IMG/VR virus record: IMGVR_UViG_3300019872_000007
Span: 1-38,569 of that record
Strand: one strand, 5' to 3'
From: a virus
Lineage: Duplodnaviria > Caudoviricetes
DNA: 38,569 nt
Part shown: piece after piece, positions 34,684 through 38,569 of the stretch
Layout of the letters: each line of letters opens with the position of its first letter
Numbering within the stretch: position 1 is the first letter of the stretch
Notes under the pieces: model-generated
What the model was told of the DNA's origin: nothing
Seen by the model: only the letters and a program-made list of their open reading frames with translations
The model's database searches: none
Made by a program: the position numbers and the translations under genes

Positions 34684-34687
34684 CATT

Positions 34688-34915
34688 TCAGCCAACTTTC
34701 TGTTTGCTGAAACCTTCAGGCACTTTCGTTTCTTCAAAAACCGTTCCCTCTTTTACCCAACCTTCTGTTGCAAATTCAATCAGCTTTAAGGTCTTCTTAG
34801 AGGGCTGTCTTTTTCTATTCAAGATTGATGAAATGTAACCTACATGAAATCCCGCTCTTTCGGCAAATTCTTTTACAGACATTTCTTTATAAAATAGATA
34901 TTCCTTAATATTCAT
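34688..34915 (-). CDS. Cro-like XRE-family HTH regulator
   Basis: MSVKEFAERAG...YISSILNRKRQPS...IEFATEGWV; AAGGAG RBS. Confidence 0.88.
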   Translation of the reverse strand: MNIKEYLFYKEMSVKEFAERAGFHVGYISSILNRKRQPSKKTLKLIEFATEGWVKEGTVFEETKVPEGFSKQKVG

Positions 34916-34956
34916 AGAAAACTCCTTTTTTGAGTTTCGATTATTTCATATGCTTC

Positions 34957-34985
34957 AATATATCTCAAGTGAGATTTGTAGTCAA
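34957..34985 (-). promoter_or_regulatory. Early promoter (PR-like) with operator palindrome
   Basis: TTGACT-17-TATATT; ATCTCA-AG-TGAGAT in the spacer. Confidence 0.8.
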
Positions 34986-35010
34986 TATCAGATATTTTCG
35001 TCGATGAATG

Positions 35011-35039
35011 TTGACGAATATTCATCAATGTGATATATT
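35011..35039 (+). promoter_or_regulatory. Early promoter (PL-like)
   Basis: TTGACG-17-TATATT with extended TG; near-palindrome TTGACGAATATTCATCAA. Confidence 0.8.
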
Positions 35040-35153
35040 CATGGTATCGAACGCAAGTCTCCCTCAGTTGTCCGGAATTCCCGGAGAGGTCGCAGCGGCT
35101 AAGATAAGTAGGATGTGAAAAACAAACTTAAAAACCAGAAATAAGGTAAATAC

Positions 35154-35336
35154 ATGAAAAAATATATGTTAAATGCTTTGGGCGATTGCTGGATATTTGA
35201 AGGCAATACAGAAAAAGAAGCCGAAAAAGAATACCTTTGTCAACTTGGATTAGAGACACGCAAACAATATGACGACTTTTGTGAATCTTGCGGATTAGAC
35301 GCAACATTAGATTTTAAAGAGATTGTGAAAAAATAG
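35154..35336 (+). CDS. Hypothetical protein
   Basis: 60 aa; AAGGT RBS. Confidence 0.6.
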   Translation: MKKYMLNALGDCWIFEGNTEKEAEKEYLCQLGLETRKQYDDFCESCGLDATLDFKEIVKK

Positions 35337-35375
35337 ACCAGTTCACACAATAAAAATTTTAAAAGGAGATAAAAT

Positions 35376-35642
35376 ATGAGTTATGCACGACACGAATATG
35401 ATTGCTACGACTACATTGATGAAGATAAATCCCCCGATGTTAAGAAGCTTGAAAAGCGCATGGAACATGCTGCGGATCATATGCAAGGGCTGATTGACGA
35501 ACTTACAGGGTGCGAGGAGCTAGACTTGAATGTGCTATACTTTCACATCGGTGAAATCTGTGCAGCTGTAGGAAAGAATGATGAGTTTGGCATCTTGAAA
35601 GTCATTCGCAACACAAAAATTATCAAATTCATGGAGGCTTAG
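35376..35642 (+). CDS. Hypothetical acidic protein
   Basis: 88 aa; AAGGAG RBS. Confidence 0.75.
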   Translation: MSYARHEYDCYDYIDEDKSPDVKKLEKRMEHAADHMQGLIDELTGCEELDLNVLYFHIGEICAAVGKNDEFGILKVIRNTKIIKFMEA

Positions 35643-35643
35643 C

Positions 35644-36288
35644 ATGAATCAGTCACCACAGCTAGACCAATTATTTACAGCCTTGGCGAAAGCTCAGGGC
35701 GAAATGACTGGAGCCGCCAAAGATTGTGCGAATCCGTTTTTTAAATCTCGCTATGCAGATCTCTCTAGCATCTGGACCGCATGCCGGGAGCCTTTAAGCA
35801 AATATGGCCTTACAGTCCTTCAAGGCCCGTATGAACAAGATGGACGAATGTACATAGAAACAATGCTAGGACATTCATCGGGGCAGTTTGTAAGATCTTA
35901 TCTACCCATAAATGTTAAAATCGAGGGAAAAGGTGCAAATGAACTGCAAGCTTTAGGGGCGGCAATCACTTACTTGAGAAGATTTTGCTTATCAGCATTA
36001 GTTGGTGTGGCTCCTGATGACGATAATGATGGCAATGAATCGAACTATAAAGCTCGGCCTAAACAAGAACCTGTCTCTGTTCCTCAAGTTACTCCCAGTC
36101 AAGTTGCAGAGATTCGCTCTATGCTTGCGTCTTGTGATAATGCCTACATTGCGAAAATCATGGACTGGCTTGGAACGTATAAGATCACTAATCTTGAGAC
36201 AATGCCTGTCACTTTCTACTCTACAATTAAGACTCGGGTTCAGGCTCATCTTGATGTGCCACAAACCGCAATAGTGGGGGATGCGTGA
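35644..36288 (+). CDS. erf: ERF-family single-strand annealing protein
   Basis: NPFFKSRYADL, HSSGQ, QALGAAITYLRRF.L, DDDNDGN. Confidence 0.95.
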   Translation: MNQSPQLDQLFTALAKAQGEMTGAAKDCANPFFKSRYADLSSIWTACREPLSKYGLTVLQGPYEQDGRMYIETMLGHSSGQFVRSYLPINVKIEGKGANELQALGAAITYLRRFCLSALVGVAPDDDNDGNESNYKARPKQEPVSVPQVTPSQVAEIRSMLASCDNAYIAKIMDWLGTYKITNLETMPVTFYSTIKTRVQAHLDVPQTAIVGDA

Positions 36289-36425
36289 ATCTAATCCAAG
36301 ATATCTATTGCGAATGGGTGGAGGACTTAGGTCTTTCACCAGTTGAGATTTTGATGGTGTTGCTTGAGAAAGAAAGACAGATTAACGAAGATTTAAGGAA
36401 GAGGCTTGCGAAGTATGAAAATTGA
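36285..36425 (+). CDS. 46-aa coiled-coil protein (GTG start), absent from the ORF track
   Basis: GTGA overlap with erf; GGGGG RBS; MNLIQDIYCEW...KYEN. Confidence 0.55.
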   Translation: MNLIQDIYCEWVEDLGLSPVEILMVLLEKERQINEDLRKRLAKYEN

Positions 36426-36609
36426 AATAAAAATACTATCCCATAGGGGAATTATAATTGATGACTCAGAATACCCACCAACAGCACATATCGATAAAAA
36501 ATATATCAGAGAAAAAATTGAAAAAGTTTTGAGAAATTGGCATTTATGTGTAATGGTATCGCCCGATGATTTTAATCAAGTACTTGATGAATGTGTGGTG
36601 GATTTATGA
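36415..36609 (+). CDS. Hypothetical protein
   Basis: 64 aa; ATGA overlap with the exonuclease gene. Confidence 0.55.
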   Translation: MKIEIKILSHRGIIIDDSEYPPTAHIDKKYIREKIEKVLRNWHLCVMVSPDDFNQVLDECVVDL

Positions 36610-37466
36610 AAATCATTGAATTAACTCAGAATACTCCCGAATGGCTTGAATTTCGAAAGAATAAATTAGGTGCCAGCGATGCTCCCATCATAATGGGTGA
36701 TAGTCCGTGGTGTTCACCGTCTCAATTATGGGAAAGAAAAATAGGTATAACACCCGATCAAACAGAAAACTTTGCAATGCGTGAAGGCAAAGAATTAGAG
36801 CCAGTAGCTAGAGAAAGCTTCAATAAGATTATGGGTAAGGTATATACACCTTACGTTGTACAACATGAAACCTTCGAATGGATGATAGCTTCATTAGACG
36901 GACTATCATTATGCGAAAAATGTGCTGTTGAAATAAAGTGTCCTGGCCGAGAAGCTCACCTTTCGGCTCTTGCTGGGAAAGTCCCCGCATATTATATCCC
37001 TCAATTGCAACATCAGCTTGCAGTTACTGGGCTAGATATGATATACTACTACAGTTATGACGGGAAGCAAAACGCTTGCATCGAAGTGCATCGTGATGAA
37101 AAAATGATTGATCATATGATCAAAGAGGAATTAAAATTCTATAATTGCCTAATAAAAGCAATTCCTCCAGATCTGACCGATCAAGATTATAAAGTAAGGT
37201 TTGATGGAAAATGGGAAAATGCAACAGCTTATTGGCTGAGATCGCAGGCAAATTTAAAAGATGCCGAATTCCACGAAAAGAGGGCAAGAGAACAAATAAT
37301 AGCTCTTTCAGAATCTCGGAACTCGAAAGGTTGCGGGGTGAAAGTCCAAAAGATTATGCGTCAAGGGTGTGTCAACTACTCCGCAATTCCTGCATTAGAG
37401 GGGATCGACTTGGATCAATATAGGAAGCCGACAAGTGAATCGTGGAGGATTACGTTAGATGGATAA
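36606..37466 (+). CDS. YqaJ/lambda-exonuclease family recombination nuclease
   Basis: QNTPEWLEFR, GASD, G.ELE, ASLDG, EIKCP, YYIPQLQHQL. Confidence 0.95.
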   Translation: MKIIELTQNTPEWLEFRKNKLGASDAPIIMGDSPWCSPSQLWERKIGITPDQTENFAMREGKELEPVARESFNKIMGKVYTPYVVQHETFEWMIASLDGLSLCEKCAVEIKCPGREAHLSALAGKVPAYYIPQLQHQLAVTGLDMIYYYSYDGKQNACIEVHRDEKMIDHMIKEELKFYNCLIKAIPPDLTDQDYKVRFDGKWENATAYWLRSQANLKDAEFHEKRAREQIIALSESRNSKGCGVKVQKIMRQGCVNYSAIPALEGIDLDQYRKPTSESWRITLDG

Positions 37467-37472
37467 AAAATG

Positions 37473-37664
37473 TTAGTCAACTGTCAGTTTGCTACATCCT
37501 TTGCAACATATTTCCTTAGTCAAAATTGAATCTGGGTTATTACAAAATGTACATGTCTGTTCCACATCATATTTTTTTTCTAATCTTCTAAGTTCTTTTC
37601 TACATATTTCACATGGGCATTTTGAAAGCAATCCTATAAGTTTTAAAGCATGTGCCGGTATCAT
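37473..37664 (-). CDS. Cys-rich small protein
   Basis: CPCEIC, CTFC, CCKGC. Confidence 0.5.
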   Translation of the reverse strand: MIPAHALKLIGLLSKCPCEICRKELRRLEKKYDVEQTCTFCNNPDSILTKEICCKGCSKLTVD

Positions 37665-37697
37665 AGTCTAAGCCTAGCTTGCAATTCCTTCATCTTG

Positions 37698-37889
37698 TCA
37701 AAGATTGCCGGATGGCATCCATACCACCCGGCTATCTCCGTTACGCATTTCATAGAAAAGAATATGATCGTTTTTTATGCATTCTGTTGAATCCATGCAC
37801 ATTTGATATGTTGAAGCGGGAGACGTATATAGTAAACATAAATCTCTTTTTTGACAACCATTTCCGCAACACTTTGTGATATCAGACAT
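37698..37889 (-). CDS. DUF7723-like Cys-rich phage protein (MxDITKC.G.GC...C..Y)
   Basis: Recurrent small-phage-protein N-terminal pattern (family number from memory); TGATG coupling. Confidence 0.6.
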   Translation of the reverse strand: MSDITKCCGNGCQKRDLCLLYTSPASTYQMCMDSTECIKNDHILFYEMRNGDSRVVWMPSGNL

Positions 37890-38161
37890 CAGAATATTCG
37901 TTCTGGCTTACGTGTGGTAGAAACTATCAGCATTGAAATGCTTAGTATTATATTCAGCGTTACTACAGGCATTAGAATGGTGGGGGAAATCGCCAAAACG
38001 TTAAGTAAATATATACTACCCGACCAGCTTGACGCAAGAGCTTTCAAGGCCATAGATGCGATATTTACAATAAGTGCGCCGGCTGTCAGCCATTCACAAA
38101 CGGGCAGGATTCGCGTAATATCTTTACCCAAGTCAGTCGCTAAAGAGTTTATTGCTATCAT
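37889..38161 (-). CDS. Two-TM hairpin membrane protein (start ATG 38161)
   Basis: GAGGA RBS; long bilobed hydrophobic region with basic tail RKPERIF. Confidence 0.65.
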   Translation of the reverse strand: MIAINSLATDLGKDITRILPVCEWLTAGALIVNIASMALKALASSWSGSIYLLNVLAISPTILMPVVTLNIILSISMLIVSTTRKPERIF

Positions 38162-38168
38162 ATGTTCC

Positions 38169-38569
38169 TCAAGTAAGTTGTTTATGCTGGTTTTTAAAAT
38201 ATGAATACGCAATCCTTAACTGATTCTGGCTAGGATTATGAACATTCAAGACAGATGTGACAACGATAGATAAAATTGAAGGCAGATTTTTTCCAATTTC
38301 ACTAATTTTACCCTCGATTCTTTCTACGCGTCTTTGAGTCAATAAGTCATATTTACAGCTATTGCTCATAAAGAATCCTGTTGAAAAAACAAACCCAGTT
38401 ATAGCCCCAATTACATGCGTCAGGGGTGCTGGCAAAAACCAAGCCACTGAAGAATATCCTGTTGCAAATCCCACTGCCCCTCTAGCTCCAGCAAGAGCAC
38501 CAAATTTCATTGAGTCAACTACAATATGTCGAATAGGCGTATCTCTCAAGAATTGGGTATCTTCATATT
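38169..38569 (-). CDS. 3' part of junction-spanning membrane protein
   Basis: Gly/Ala-rich bilobed hydrophobic region followed by a short coiled coil. Confidence 0.7.
   Translation of the reverse strand, partial: YEDTQFLRDTPIRHIVVDSMKFGALAGARGAVGFATGYSSVAWFLPAPLTHVIGAITGFVFSTGFFMSNSCKYDLLTQRRVERIEGKISEIGKNLPSILSIVVTSVLNVHNPSQNQLRIAYSYFKNQHKQLT
38413..38569. repeat. Terminal direct repeat / circular overlap, copy 2
   Basis: Matches 1-157 with one mismatch; an ORF reads through the junction. Confidence 0.97.

Larger units (their letters stand above)
1..38569. mobile_element. Complete tailed dsDNA phage genome (podovirus-like head/tail module, lambdoid-type replication and recombination modules)
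   Basis: TerL, portal, capsid, fibres, O-like initiator, DnaC-like loader, ERF, YqaJ; circular closure; no host housekeeping genes. Confidence 0.95.

Noticed and set aside
35050-35100. Hairpin TCCGG-AATTC-CCGGA in the early leader as a nut/put site
   Set aside because: Single short stem, no boxA and no N-like gene; insufficient support
37851-38204. 117-aa plus-strand ORF
   Set aside because: Antisense to the coupled minus-strand operon; no RBS

Overview
The window is an apparently complete, circularly closed genome (38,412 bp plus a 157-bp end overlap with one mismatch) of a tailed dsDNA phage, predicted to be podovirus-like because no tape-measure or tail-tube gene is recognisable. The main minus-strand arm runs: Cro-like HTH, lambda-O-like initiator with an internal iteron origin, DnaC-like loader, RusA, SpoVG/SSB-like protein, TerS, PBSX-type TerL, P22-like portal, scaffold, N4-gp56-like major capsid, FCCH-domain head/tail proteins, putative ejection proteins, KTSC protein, several fibres, a glycosyltransferase and a collagen/BclA-like protein. 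A divergent plus-strand arm carries ERF and YqaJ recombination genes. A second divergent switch with a ribbon-helix-helix gene controls an accessory operon that crosses the junction. I recognise no integrase, CI-type repressor, partition system or endolysin. The most notable observations are: a XerC/D dif-like site at 511-538 that could replace an integrase or resolvase; a structured capsid mRNA leader with three YUCGCYR hairpins and an anti-Shine-Dalgarno alternative; a promoter plus bistable leader cassette inserted before the capsid gene; an antisense RNAP alpha-CTD-like gene sharing a palindromic RBS with the scaffold gene; and weak hints of an intracellular (Chlamydiae-like) host. All family calls are by-eye motif recognition, with no database searches.
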